Below are positions 1 through 9,287 of a DNA stretch of 64,000 nucleotides, piece after piece. How positions within the stretch are numbered: position 1 is the first letter of the stretch; the number at the start of each line of letters is the position of its first letter. Source of the stretch: a virus; the IMG/VR virus record IMGVR_UViG_3300031772_000014, positions 1 to 64,000 of that record; one strand, given 5' to 3'. The notes under the pieces are model-generated. The model saw nothing but the letters and a program-made list of their open reading frames with translations. It was not told where the DNA came from and ran no database searches. A program made the position numbers and the translations under genes.

Positions 1-1
1 G

Positions 2-295
2 GTTCCGGGTCTGGAGGAGACCCACGGACTCGATGAGCGCGATGACGGTCATCCGCAGGAGGAGGGACTGCTGGTTCCTTCCCAGCAGGTCCTCGAGCGA
101 CGACGTTCCCAGGAAGGGAGGGGTCCCGTTGAAGTCCGACATGGCGTCCATGACCGCCCAAGCAATCTGCCGGTCGGTCGACTCCTGTCCGCGGACAATG
201 CGGTTCAGCTCCGGCTGGTCACGCATGTACGCGCGGACCATCTGGACGAACGCCCGCATCGTCGGGCTTGCTCCGGGGATCCCTTCGAGGGCCAT
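2..295 (-). CDS. Putative head completion/neck (head-tail connector) protein, truncated by window edge
   Basis: Not in the ORF track. Read manually from ATG at 295: MALEGIPGASPTMRAFVQMVRAYMRDQPELNRIVRG..., open to the window start. It lies downstream of the capsid genes; function is inferred from position. Confidence 0.5.
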   Translation of the reverse strand, partial: MALEGIPGASPTMRAFVQMVRAYMRDQPELNRIVRGQESTDRQIAWAVMDAMSDFNGTPPFLGTSSLEDLLGRNQQSLLLRMTVIALIESVGLLQTRN

Positions 296-298
296 GGC

Positions 299-850
299 TT
301 ACCGCCTCTTGTTCTTCTTGGGTGATGCAACCGCGACGACTTCTTGTTCGATCTCCTCGACGGGCTCTGGGTCCCTCGAGGGTGCGAAGTCCGGGTTCGC
401 CAGCATGGGCTCACCAGGGACTCCGAGATCCACGCCCGCGAACGCCATCGGGGTCTCGGGCTGGACCTCTTCCACGGGCTCGCCTTCGACCTTGGGCTTC
501 GCCTGCCAGGAGTGGTCGTTCTCGACGCTGTCCTCACGGAACTTCGGCGCCGGGGACTCGGGCTGGGATCCAGCGAGCTGGAAGGTCTCGAGGTCGAGCT
601 TCCGGCCGTCCTGCGAGTGGACGACGCAGATGCCGAGAGCCTCGAGGCCCTTGAGGTGCTCGACGTTCCGCTGGATGTCTTCCTCGGTGACCACGAGCGA
701 GCGACCAGGAACGAGACGCTGCTGGGTGTCGAGGATGAACTGCACGCGGCGGATGGCCACCGGGGCCGCGTACCTCTGCGTGCGGGTGTGCACGGAACGA
801 ACCGTGCTCTTGATGTGGAACAACTGCGGCTGGATGTCTTCGGTTTGCAT
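299..850 (-). CDS. Hypothetical protein with acidic/Pro-rich C-terminus
   Basis: Within ORF 299..904. Start moved to ATG 850 (MQTEDIQ), which is preceded by a GGAG RBS. Confidence 0.65.
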   Translation of the reverse strand: MQTEDIQPQLFHIKSTVRSVHTRTQRYAAPVAIRRVQFILDTQQRLVPGRSLVVTEEDIQRNVEHLKGLEALGICVVHSQDGRKLDLETFQLAGSQPESPAPKFREDSVENDHSWQAKPKVEGEPVEEVQPETPMAFAGVDLGVPGEPMLANPDFAPSRDPEPVEEIEQEVVAVASPKKNKRR

Positions 851-938
851 GTTGGTCTCCCTGAACGACAATAGGCGCCGGCACCGTCTGGCACCAGCGC
901 CCATTGTACCAGCCGCGGTCAGTCTTGCGGCTTGCAGA

Positions 939-2060
939 TCAGAACTGCGACACCTGTGGAAAGCGGAGCCCTTGGTCCACCCGGTTGTTCGGGGCGCCGA
1001 GCGCGTCCTCCGCGACCGGGATGAAGTTCGCGATGAGCGAGTTCGCGTTCACCGACGAGGCGTCGGCCGAGTACAGCTCGAGCTTGCGAACCGCCGCGAC
1101 GTTGATGACCGACATCGCGATGTCTTCCCACGCCTGGAAGCTGATCGTGTTCGCGACCTTGTCGATGTAGAACTTCGTGTTGTTCAGGACGTAGAACTTC
1201 CCGAAGAACTCGGGGCGCGTGAAGATGTACACGTTGCCCGGACGAAGGATGTCGGTCTTGACCGTACGGATGTACGCCAGTCCGAGGATGGTGTTGTACT
1301 TGTAGCCGTCGACCGCGGTCTCGCTCTGGAGGCGGTCACCGAAGTCCTCGACGGTCCACTGGAGCAGGTCGTCGTAGTCCGGCTCCGTCATGAGCAGGCG
1401 CTCTGCGCGGAGGCGGTTGGTGTCGAGCAGCTTGCGGAGGTTCACGATGTCCGGGCGCTGGATGGGGCGCACGATGGCGTCGTTGGTCAGCGCGGTGCGT
1501 GCGAGCTCGCCCTTGCGGACCGAGAACTCGACCACGGTGCCGGCCAAGATGGTGCTGCGGTTGAGCGCGACGGGGGTGCCGCCGTTCGCTTCCGTCTGGA
1601 GAGCCTGGACGGCCGACTCGATGTGGGTCGTGAACTCGCGGTCCTCGATCTCCTGGATGTCCTTCACCGAGTTGTCCTCGATGATCTTCGTGATGGGCAT
1701 CTCGTAGGCGAGAAGCTCCTGCTCGGTCTTCTGGAACATCTCCGAGGAGATGGTGAAGAACGCGACCTCGGCCCTGCTGCCACGGATGAAGCGGGCCGTG
1801 GGCTGGCCGCGGAACGTGATGGCCATCGCGCGGCTCTTCGGCTCCACGTCCACGATCTTGACGAGCGTGTCGTGGTTGACGGAGCGCTGGCAGTCGGCGC
1901 GGGTGACCTGCTGCGGGGGAATCACCTTGCGGGCGAAGGAGACTTCGCGGAGGCGGTCGCGGATGTACGTACCGCCGGCCTCCGCGAGCTTCTCCTTGCC
2001 CTCGGCGCTCCCCAGCTTCTGGGTGAACATGTCGTTGAGGACTCGTGCGGGAACGCTCAT
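939..2060 (-). CDS. Major capsid protein (HK97-fold likely)
   Basis: 373 aa with an AAGGA RBS. N-terminal IRDRLREVSFARKVIPP and central IQEIEDREF segments resemble phage capsid proteins. It is last in the protease-scaffold-decoration-capsid order. Confidence 0.75.
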   Translation of the reverse strand: MSVPARVLNDMFTQKLGSAEGKEKLAEAGGTYIRDRLREVSFARKVIPPQQVTRADCQRSVNHDTLVKIVDVEPKSRAMAITFRGQPTARFIRGSRAEVAFFTISSEMFQKTEQELLAYEMPITKIIEDNSVKDIQEIEDREFTTHIESAVQALQTEANGGTPVALNRSTILAGTVVEFSVRKGELARTALTNDAIVRPIQRPDIVNLRKLLDTNRLRAERLLMTEPDYDDLLQWTVEDFGDRLQSETAVDGYKYNTILGLAYIRTVKTDILRPGNVYIFTRPEFFGKFYVLNNTKFYIDKVANTISFQAWEDIAMSVINVAAVRKLELYSADASSVNANSLIANFIPVAEDALGAPNNRVDQGLRFPQVSQF

Positions 2061-2106
2061 GGTATTTTCCTTCTGTTCGTCTGTTGGAGGGCTGGTCTGG
2101 TTGGGC

Positions 2107-2634
2107 TAACTGACGCCAGCCCTGCATCATGCGGAGCTTGCCACCATTGGCTGCGGGCAGGCGAGTGACGTACCCGACCACCGGCTGGGGATCCGCCGCG
2201 CCACCATGGCCGACGATGCCGGAGAACTTGCGACCACCGAAGGTGATCGTTCCGACCTTGAGGGGCTGCATGACCGCCGTGATGGCAGCGCCGCCGGCGC
2301 CCACGACCGCCGTGGAGTCGAAGATGCGGGTGTCGGCCTCGTACTGCCCGAGGAAGAGCACGACGGTCTTCGTGCCCGCGATGGCCTGCACGTCGTAACG
2401 TCCGCGCTCCGCGAAGAGCGGGAACGAACGCACGAGGGCCGGGTCCAGACCCACCGCCACGTTGGACGCGCGGATGAGCTGGTAGCTGGCGTTGATGGTG
2501 CACCACTCGCCATCGACGAGGGCCACCGGATTGGTCGGTTGCGCCAACGTCGGATCTGCGAGGGGGAAGTCCCGCCGGTGAACCGGGAGGATATCCGAGG
2601 TGGGCTCGAAGTTGACTTTGCTGAGAGTGGACAT
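2107..2634 (-). CDS. Putative capsid decoration/cement protein (175 aa, ends at TTA)
   Basis: AAGGAG RBS and position just upstream of the capsid gene. In-frame TTA at 2109-2107; under the standard code the ORF would run 725 nt out of frame into the capsid gene. Confidence 0.6.
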
Positions 2635-2668
2635 GAACGCTTTCTCCTTCTTACCTTGGCCGGGGGCC

Positions 2669-3025
2669 TAACGACATGATGACGGACTCGAAACCCGAGA
2701 CGTCGCCACCGTGATTCTTGCCCTCGTCGGAAGACGGGGACGCGAGTTTGTTCCACATGTCTGGACCGACCATGTCGACCGCCGCTCGTACGTTCTCGAG
2801 CTGCCCGGCATGTGCCTTCTTCTCGAGGGTTTCGATCAGTGACTCGGTCGGCTCATCGCTCAGCCCTTTGCGCTGCATCTCGGATGCGATTTTCTCGCAG
2901 TCCTGACGCAGCTCGAGGCGAGCTACTTTCTCTCGGAGCTCGTCCCGCTCTGCGGTGACGGCCCGAAGCTGTACGGCAGCTTCCTTGGCCAAACCTGCGA
3001 CCTTCGCCTGGTTGAGCTTCTCCAT
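2669..3025 (-). CDS. Putative scaffold-like coiled-coil head protein (ends at TTA; standard TAA at 2651)
   Basis: Starts MEKLNQAK after GGAGG. Coiled-coil with K-x-A motifs; ends FESVIMS-TTA. Confidence 0.55.
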
Positions 3026-3027
3026 GA

Positions 3028-4536
3028 TCAGTTGACCTCCTCGACGAGCTTCTGGAACAGGGCCCGAGCTGCTGCTGTTTTCGTGTTGCCGGCGCTCGCG
3101 ACCTTCGGACCAGCCTCCGACGTGTGGCTGAAGGCAACCTGGAGGGTGTTGTCGTGGGCGGCCGAGTCCATGGGCTCCGACAACCACTGCTTCATGTCCG
3201 CCTTGCGGTTCGCGTACGCCTGGCCGCGGGTGAAGTTGATGGCGGACTCGTTCGAGCCGATGAGGCTCGTGGGTCCCTTCGGGGCTCCACCGACCGGCTC
3301 ACCACCGTCCTGCCCGGCCTCGGTGGCCTTCGGGGCCTCCGCGGGACCGGCAGAGATGTGCGCGGGGTTGATGGCGTCTTCCGCGAGCTTGATCCCGAGA
3401 CGGGACAGGTTGGCCATGTACAGGGCAGAAGCGCTGTGGTCGCTTGCGGTGACCATCTTGCCGCCACCACCACCCGAGAAGCTGTCCTTGAGCTTGGCCC
3501 CGAGTCCACCGAAGAAGCCCTTGGCTTTCTCGGCTGCTCCGCTGACGGCGCCGCGAACGGCGTTGCTGGCACCCGTGAGGGCCTCGTGTCCCTTCAACGC
3601 CGCGTTCCCGACCGCACCGCGCATCTTCGATGCCTCGAGACCCGCGTGAGCATGCTCGAGCATCCCTGGAACCTTGACGGGACCACGCGAGACGACCGGC
3701 GCCGCCGCGTGGGTCGCGTTGTGCATGAGCTCCCCGATGCCCTTGGGGGGTAGCTTCACTCTGCTGAGAAGAGACCCTGCCCCGCCGACCCCTCCAACCC
3801 GACCGGCCATGCCAAGAACATTCGCCAGCTTGAGCAGGCGCTTGAGGTTGGCTGCCGCGACCTTCTCGGGAGTGTGACCACCAGCACCAGGGGGCGAATG
3901 GTCGTTCGTCTCGAGGGCGTTCTTCGGAGCAGTGGGGGCGCCCTTCTCGGTGGGCGTGTGCATCGGGACGATGTTCTTCGGCGTCGCCTGGCCCTTGTGG
4001 TCGGGCAACGGGGTGCTCGCCGTGGCCTGCGTGACCTCGAGGTGTCCGGGACCGGCACCGGGACCGTTCGTCGTTCCCCCTTCGGCTTCCTTCCCGAGCT
4101 CATACCCGATGTACTCCAGGGCATCGGCAATCTTCATGACGTAGTCGGTCGAGACCGAAGACGTCTTCTCCTTCGAGCACTTCTCGTCATCGTGGTCGGA
4201 CTGCTTTGCTGCTTCAGCCGCGAGCTTCGCACGAGAGAGGGACCCCGCTTGCGCAGCCTTCAGCATCTCCTGAAGCGACATGTGTGTAGAGGCGTTCGTC
4301 ATGGTCGATCCATACTTCGGTTGGAGAGCCTTCGCTTCGGTAGCTCCTGCATCAGGAGCTGGGGGTGCAACTGAGTTCACCCTGGAATAGTTCGTACGTG
4401 GGGAGGTCCCGGTGGGACCCTTCTTCCCTGCGGCGGGTTGAGGCGTTACCTGGACTTCCGGTATCGGCATCGAACCCGCGGGAGGAGGCGTGACCGGAAG
4501 CGTATCGCCACCCGCGAGCTTCATCTTCCTGGTCAC
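3028..4536 (-). CDS. K-x-A motif, Gly/Ala/Pro-rich head/internal virion protein
   Basis: 502 aa, tightly packed in the head operon, with about 10 K-x-A motifs. Confidence 0.55.
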   Translation of the reverse strand: MTRKMKLAGGDTLPVTPPPAGSMPIPEVQVTPQPAAGKKGPTGTSPRTNYSRVNSVAPPAPDAGATEAKALQPKYGSTMTNASTHMSLQEMLKAAQAGSLSRAKLAAEAAKQSDHDDEKCSKEKTSSVSTDYVMKIADALEYIGYELGKEAEGGTTNGPGAGPGHLEVTQATASTPLPDHKGQATPKNIVPMHTPTEKGAPTAPKNALETNDHSPPGAGGHTPEKVAAANLKRLLKLANVLGMAGRVGGVGGAGSLLSRVKLPPKGIGELMHNATHAAAPVVSRGPVKVPGMLEHAHAGLEASKMRGAVGNAALKGHEALTGASNAVRGAVSGAAEKAKGFFGGLGAKLKDSFSGGGGGKMVTASDHSASALYMANLSRLGIKLAEDAINPAHISAGPAEAPKATEAGQDGGEPVGGAPKGPTSLIGSNESAINFTRGQAYANRKADMKQWLSEPMDSAAHDNTLQVAFSHTSEAGPKVASAGNTKTAAARALFQKLVEEVN

Positions 4537-4551
4537 GCGTCCTCACCTTCA

Positions 4552-5433
4552 TCACCAGTTGATCGGGTAGCCGACCATCTCGAGCAGCTCGAGCGCACGG
4601 ATGTGCATCCCCTGCTCGAAGTTCTCCGCCGAAGCGACCTTCGACTCCCCATCCGCCGGGAGGCCGAGAGTGAAGAGTGCATCGAGACGCTCGCCTGCCT
4701 CCTCGGGGTTGAAGCCAGCCTCGGCGGCCTTGTAGAGCGCGAGCTCCGCGGCCACCTCGTCCTGCGCGGACGCTTCCTTCTTGCCAGAAGTCGCCTTGTG
4801 CGCCGCCGCTGCGCCGGCCGCCGTCGCCGCCGTACCGGCCGCGACACCAGCTCCGATGCGCTTCAGCTTCTCGGACTTCGCCTGACGGAGACCCTCCATG
4901 CGGGCACCGTGCAGCGCCGGGTTCCCCTTGAGGGACTCGGAGATCATCTCATGCGCGTGCTGGCGTCGGCCAGTGACGAGATCCTTGACGCGGCTTCCGA
5001 CAGCCTTGCCGGCATCGCCCACGGCCTTGGCGGCATCGCCCGCCCTGCCGGCCGTCTTCTCGGCGATTTCGCGGCTCTCCTGCGCGAAGGAGTGCGCCAT
5101 GATGCGACCCATGAGGTCGGCCTCGGCGAACTTCTCCTGAGCCTCCTTGGTCTGCATGAACTCGGCATGCGCCGCCGCGACCTTCTCGTCCTTCTTCTCC
5201 GGCTCGTCCTTACCACCCTTGTGGCCGTGCTTGTGGCCGTGCTCACCACCGGCCGCCACCTTCGACTGCCAGGTGTTGTAGAGATCGGCAACCTCTTCGT
5301 CGCTGTACGAGTTGAGGTCGACGCCGTTCTCGGCTGCGAGCTTGGCGAACATGCCAGCCGAAGCCAGCTTCTCCTGTTCGTCGGAGGGGTTTGCAGTGCC
5401 GTACGCCTGGGCGAGGAAGTCGTTCATGGACAT
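4552..5433 (-). CDS. K-x-A motif head/internal virion protein
   Basis: 293 aa with a GGAG RBS. Contains EKLAS, AKLAA, SKVAA, EKVAA, EKTAG, KKEAS and SKVAS, plus a Gly/Ala-rich hydrophobic segment. Confidence 0.6.
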   Translation of the reverse strand: MSMNDFLAQAYGTANPSDEQEKLASAGMFAKLAAENGVDLNSYSDEEVADLYNTWQSKVAAGGEHGHKHGHKGGKDEPEKKDEKVAAAHAEFMQTKEAQEKFAEADLMGRIMAHSFAQESREIAEKTAGRAGDAAKAVGDAGKAVGSRVKDLVTGRRQHAHEMISESLKGNPALHGARMEGLRQAKSEKLKRIGAGVAAGTAATAAGAAAAHKATSGKKEASAQDEVAAELALYKAAEAGFNPEEAGERLDALFTLGLPADGESKVASAENFEQGMHIRALELLEMVGYPINW

Positions 5434-5447
5434 GGTTGAGAGCTCCG

Positions 5448-7160
5448 TCAGTGGGTCGTTGTTCTGAACGTGTTCTTCGAGGGGAAGCCCCTCTCCACGC
5501 CGGCGATTGCCGGAAGGCTGCCAACCTCATCTTGGAAGGCCAGCTTGAAGTACGCAGCAGACAGGGGAGTGAATAGCTTACCTGCGGGTGCCGATGCAAC
5601 CTTGGCCAGCTCCGAGTCACGAAGACCGGACCGGGACAACATGCTCTGGGACTCGGGGATCAAGTTCATCACGTTCTGTCGGTAGCCGTTGTACGCAGCA
5701 CCTATCTTACGCAGCACTTCCGGGGAAAGAGAAGAGGAAGTCTTTGACTTATCTTTGGACCCCTTCTCCGGGGCGTCCCTCCCGAGCATAATGATGACCC
5801 GTTTTTCGATGGCCGGGCCGAAGCCAGAACGGGCACCAAACAGCGGCATGAGGAGCTTCGCCAAGGCTGAATCGAAGCCTCCCTGGGCCATCGGGACATC
5901 AGCGCACTCGTCCACTTTCGGGAACGTCATCCCGACATCGTCAAGGTGGTCGGCCATCGGCCGGGCGCCTGAGTTGACCAAGATGACTCGTTGAAACTCT
6001 TGTGGCCGAAGGACCATCCCCATCCCGGTAACTGTCGAAAGGGCATCCCCCAGAGGACGAGAGCCCAACAGGTTCAGGATGTCTTCGGGGATGGAAGGCT
6101 CTTGCTTCGTCAGGAGTGGCACGGCCTTCGAGGCGAACTGGGACGGGAAGACATCCTTGGTGATCTCCCCTTCCTTGTCCTTCGCATCCTTGGACAAAGC
6201 CAACTTGAAGTTCTGTACCTGTGCGGTCTTCTCCGTGGACTCGCCGTCCTCGTAAACCTCTTCCCCGGCCTCCGCGCCAGACAGGAAGAAGTAGGACTTC
6301 GAGGCAATCTTCATCATCACCTTGGCGGTCTTGTCGGCGCCGATGAAGACGAAGCTGATGTCGAAGAACTTCGGGTAGTCGTTGTACACGAACACCTTCC
6401 GGCCATCCGGAAGGATCTTGTTCATGCTCTTGAGCGCGTGCTCGCAGTAGTCGGCACGGGTGATACTCAACCCACGGATGCCCTTGCCACCGTTGCTCTT
6501 GAGGGCCTTGTGCATGGCCAGCACGGCTTCACCTGGATGCCTGTGCTTTCCCTTCTCGAACGAACCCTGGGCCTTCTTGTAGAGATCCCAGTCAAGGCAG
6601 ATCGAGCAGGTGTCGAACGGGACTTTGCAACCCATCGAGACATCTGGGAACCCGCCAATCTTCAGCTTGTCCCAGACGCCCTGCCCGCCGTGCGAGATGC
6701 ACTTGTCCTTATCGACACGGGTGACGAGCTCCACCCGTTTCATCTTGTCGTTCCAGGCCGCGAGCTCGACTTCCCCGAACGCCTTCGCGGAGTCCTTGTT
6801 GCGATGGTGCGCGTACGGGTGGGCCTCGTAGAAGGTCGGGAACCCGTACGGCCAGGTCTTCGCCTTGATGCGGTCGATGACCGGGTTGCCGGTCCAGTCG
6901 TCCGGGCGGTGGATGAGGCTGGCCTCGGTGAAGTAGTCCCCGTTGATGTTCGACCCCCACCACTCCCCGGCCCCCATGGCGTTCATGAGCACGTACTGGG
7001 AGTCGCTCTGTGGACGCAGGGTCGAGATGTACTTCGCAACCTCCGGAAGAAGATCCGGTGCCGCCGTCTTCTCCAGGAAGGAATCAGTCTCCTTCGTGAA
7101 GAGCGGGATGGCGACCGGCCCGTGCGCCGCCATCGAGGGGAAGAACGCCAGCTTGATCAT
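5448..7160 (-). CDS. Putative prohead (capsid maturation) protease with Zn-finger insert
   Basis: Motifs NGDYF, HHRNKD, DVSMGCK..CSIC..CEH and FFDISFVFIGAD resemble phage prohead serine proteases. It lies upstream of the scaffold and capsid genes. Confidence 0.65.
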   Translation of the reverse strand: MIKLAFFPSMAAHGPVAIPLFTKETDSFLEKTAAPDLLPEVAKYISTLRPQSDSQYVLMNAMGAGEWWGSNINGDYFTEASLIHRPDDWTGNPVIDRIKAKTWPYGFPTFYEAHPYAHHRNKDSAKAFGEVELAAWNDKMKRVELVTRVDKDKCISHGGQGVWDKLKIGGFPDVSMGCKVPFDTCSICLDWDLYKKAQGSFEKGKHRHPGEAVLAMHKALKSNGGKGIRGLSITRADYCEHALKSMNKILPDGRKVFVYNDYPKFFDISFVFIGADKTAKVMMKIASKSYFFLSGAEAGEEVYEDGESTEKTAQVQNFKLALSKDAKDKEGEITKDVFPSQFASKAVPLLTKQEPSIPEDILNLLGSRPLGDALSTVTGMGMVLRPQEFQRVILVNSGARPMADHLDDVGMTFPKVDECADVPMAQGGFDSALAKLLMPLFGARSGFGPAIEKRVIIMLGRDAPEKGSKDKSKTSSSLSPEVLRKIGAAYNGYRQNVMNLIPESQSMLSRSGLRDSELAKVASAPAGKLFTPLSAAYFKLAFQDEVGSLPAIAGVERGFPSKNTFRTTTH

Positions 7161-7915
7161 CTGAAGGAGGGGTTGTGGTGCGCCTGCTCCAGATCCCCTT
7201 GGTCCATACCTTGGATGTGTTTCTTGAAGCCCTCCAGGCGCATCTGGTTCTCGTGCTGCTGCTGCATGTTCCCCGCGCCGTGCTGCTGCTTCGTTTCCTC
7301 CATCTCGTGCATGTTGCGAAGCTGATGCCCCGCCGCGGCCGCGCCCTGCTCGAGGCCCATGCGGTGCTTGGCCTCCTCGAGTGACAGCGCGCCAGCCTGC
7401 TGCCTGTTGGATTGATGCTCGGCCTGCTGGCCCCTCATGCTGTCCCCGAGACCGGCCTTGGCACCTTCGCCGGCGCCGCGACCGAACGCCTCCATGACCA
7501 TGTTCGGGGCCATCTTGCCCTGACGTTCGAGAGCCTCTAGCAAGGTCCCTCCAGCCGTGTCGGGGCTCATGACCATCATTCGTCGCATGTACTGCCCGGA
7601 GATCATCGGGTCCTTGGTCATCTCCGGGGTCATGGTCCGAAGAGAGCTGAAGGCCGCGTTGAACTCTTTCGGACGCGAGGAAGCGTGCTCGTGAAGGTCG
7701 GCGTTGAACGGGGACTGCATCATGCTGTTGAAGTCCCGCTTCTTCGTCATCGCGTTGTAGATGTGCTGAATCGCGGGTCCCGCGGCAGCGACACCAGCCG
7801 TCGCCACAGCACCGAGACCTGCCGAGATGGCGGTCGTCTTGGCGTGCTGCCCCCAGTTGATCGGCATGCTGGCTTCCTTCGTCATGCAGAAGCGGTCGAG
7901 AGGAGTGGTCTTCAT
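7157..7915 (-). CDS. Virion protein with K-x-A motif and Gly/Ala hydrophobic segment
   Basis: Starts MKTTPLD right after the upstream TGA. TKEAS is followed by an AGLGAVATAGVAAAG segment; ATGA overlap with the protease gene. Confidence 0.55.
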   Translation of the reverse strand: MKTTPLDRFCMTKEASMPINWGQHAKTTAISAGLGAVATAGVAAAGPAIQHIYNAMTKKRDFNSMMQSPFNADLHEHASSRPKEFNAAFSSLRTMTPEMTKDPMISGQYMRRMMVMSPDTAGGTLLEALERQGKMAPNMVMEAFGRGAGEGAKAGLGDSMRGQQAEHQSNRQQAGALSLEEAKHRMGLEQGAAAAGHQLRNMHEMEETKQQHGAGNMQQQHENQMRLEGFKKHIQGMDQGDLEQAHHNPSFR

Positions 7916-7916
7916 C

Positions 7917-9248
7917 TCAGTACCCGTACCCCTGTCCACCGAACTGACCCCCGCCGAACTGACCCATGGGGTTGTACCTCGACTGAAGCCCCGCCTGGTA
8001 CATGTCGTTCTGGGCCGTGCCTGGGACGTACGACTTGAGCTTCTGCATCCCCGGACTATCCCCCGCCGCATCCATGTGCTGAAGGGCCCGGATCCCGACC
8101 GCCGCCGCGGCGGCATGGGGGATGTGCTTCACGACCGTCTCGGTGGCCCCGCGCATGCTCTTCGCGTGCTCGTGGCCCTTCCCGAAGAGGATGTCGCCTG
8201 CACCTTCCGCGATGTTACCCGCGGTCGGGGCGGCATTGTCGGCAAAGAAGTCACGGATGTGCTGGACCGTACCCTTCGGCGGTGGGGCCTTGGGCTTCAT
8301 CCCGACCAAGCTTCGCAGACGATCCGTCCACCCAGCCAGCTTGGTCGCGTCGCCGGTGTCGTGCAGGAACTCGTCCATGTCGGCCAAGCAGGCACCGGCC
8401 TCGTCACGGCTCGAGCGGATCTCCGCCAGCTTCTCCAGGGCCACAGAGTGCCCGGCGAAGAGGTACATGAGCGGGTGGTCCTGGTTGACCACGCGCTGGT
8501 TCCCGACCTTCTCGATGGAAGCCCCGAGGGCGTCGAACGAGGGGAACACGCCCTGCTCGACGAGCTTCGAGGAGATCTTCTCGAACGCGGCCTTCACGAA
8601 GATGGGCTCGTCCGTGACCGTGCTCCAGGCATACACGATGTCCCCGAGCGGCACGCCCTCCATGGCCGCCTGCTTCACCGCACCCGCGAGCTCCTCCCCG
8701 ATCTCCTGGTAGATGGTCTCGAGACCGCTCATCTCCGAGGTCCAGTGGTCGTACATCCCGGCCAGCTTCTCTCGGAAGTCGTAAGCCGCCCGGAAGGGCT
8801 CGGCCTGATCCATGACCACCGGCTTCTCGGGAGCGAACATCCCCCAGAACTCTTCGTCCCGATGCGCGGACGCCCGCTTCTCCCTAGGGGCCGAGGCGTA
8901 GTCGGAGTGCCCGACGTCGAAGACCGTGCCCCCACCGCCGTCGTTCAGGTCCTTGATGATCTGCGACGTGTCCGCTGGACCTCCACGGAACTCGATGATC
9001 TTGTGGCTGCCCTCCTTCTTGAAGTCGCTCAGGTACGCGGCCGTGTTCGTGAACTCGACCACCCGGCGAACCTGCTCTGGAGACAGCCCTGCGTGCTTCA
9101 CGATGGACACGACCGAGTCGCTCAGGTTCGGGGCTACGCCGTTGGCCACGTCGGCTGCGGCTTTCTTGCCCATTGCTTCCAGCTCTTCACCGGAGACAGA
9201 ACGAGAATGGGACTGTTGAAGCGACCACTGGGCGGGAAGATCGTGCAT
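7917..9248 (-). CDS. K-x-A motif virion protein
   Basis: 443 aa with a GGAG RBS. Contains VKHAG, EKRAS, EKLAG, VKQAA and TKLAG. Confidence 0.6.
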   Translation of the reverse strand: MHDLPAQWSLQQSHSRSVSGEELEAMGKKAAADVANGVAPNLSDSVVSIVKHAGLSPEQVRRVVEFTNTAAYLSDFKKEGSHKIIEFRGGPADTSQIIKDLNDGGGGTVFDVGHSDYASAPREKRASAHRDEEFWGMFAPEKPVVMDQAEPFRAAYDFREKLAGMYDHWTSEMSGLETIYQEIGEELAGAVKQAAMEGVPLGDIVYAWSTVTDEPIFVKAAFEKISSKLVEQGVFPSFDALGASIEKVGNQRVVNQDHPLMYLFAGHSVALEKLAEIRSSRDEAGACLADMDEFLHDTGDATKLAGWTDRLRSLVGMKPKAPPPKGTVQHIRDFFADNAAPTAGNIAEGAGDILFGKGHEHAKSMRGATETVVKHIPHAAAAAVGIRALQHMDAAGDSPGMQKLKSYVPGTAQNDMYQAGLQSRYNPMGQFGGGQFGGQGYGY

Positions 9249-9287
9249 GTCTCGCTCCTATGTCAGAAACTCCTAAAGGAATAGCAC

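Noticed and set aside
1336-2106. C-terminal 257 aa of the 432-aa ORF as a real overlapping gene
   Set aside because: It has off-frame R/H/P-rich composition over the capsid gene and begins right after the in-frame TTA.
33-2168. 711-aa plus-strand ORF and many other long antisense ORFs (e.g. 14054..15778, 19168..20622, 21013..22428)
   Set aside because: These are shadow frames of GC-rich minus-strand genes. The absence of TTA and rarity of CTA/TCA codons on the coding strand removes antisense stops.
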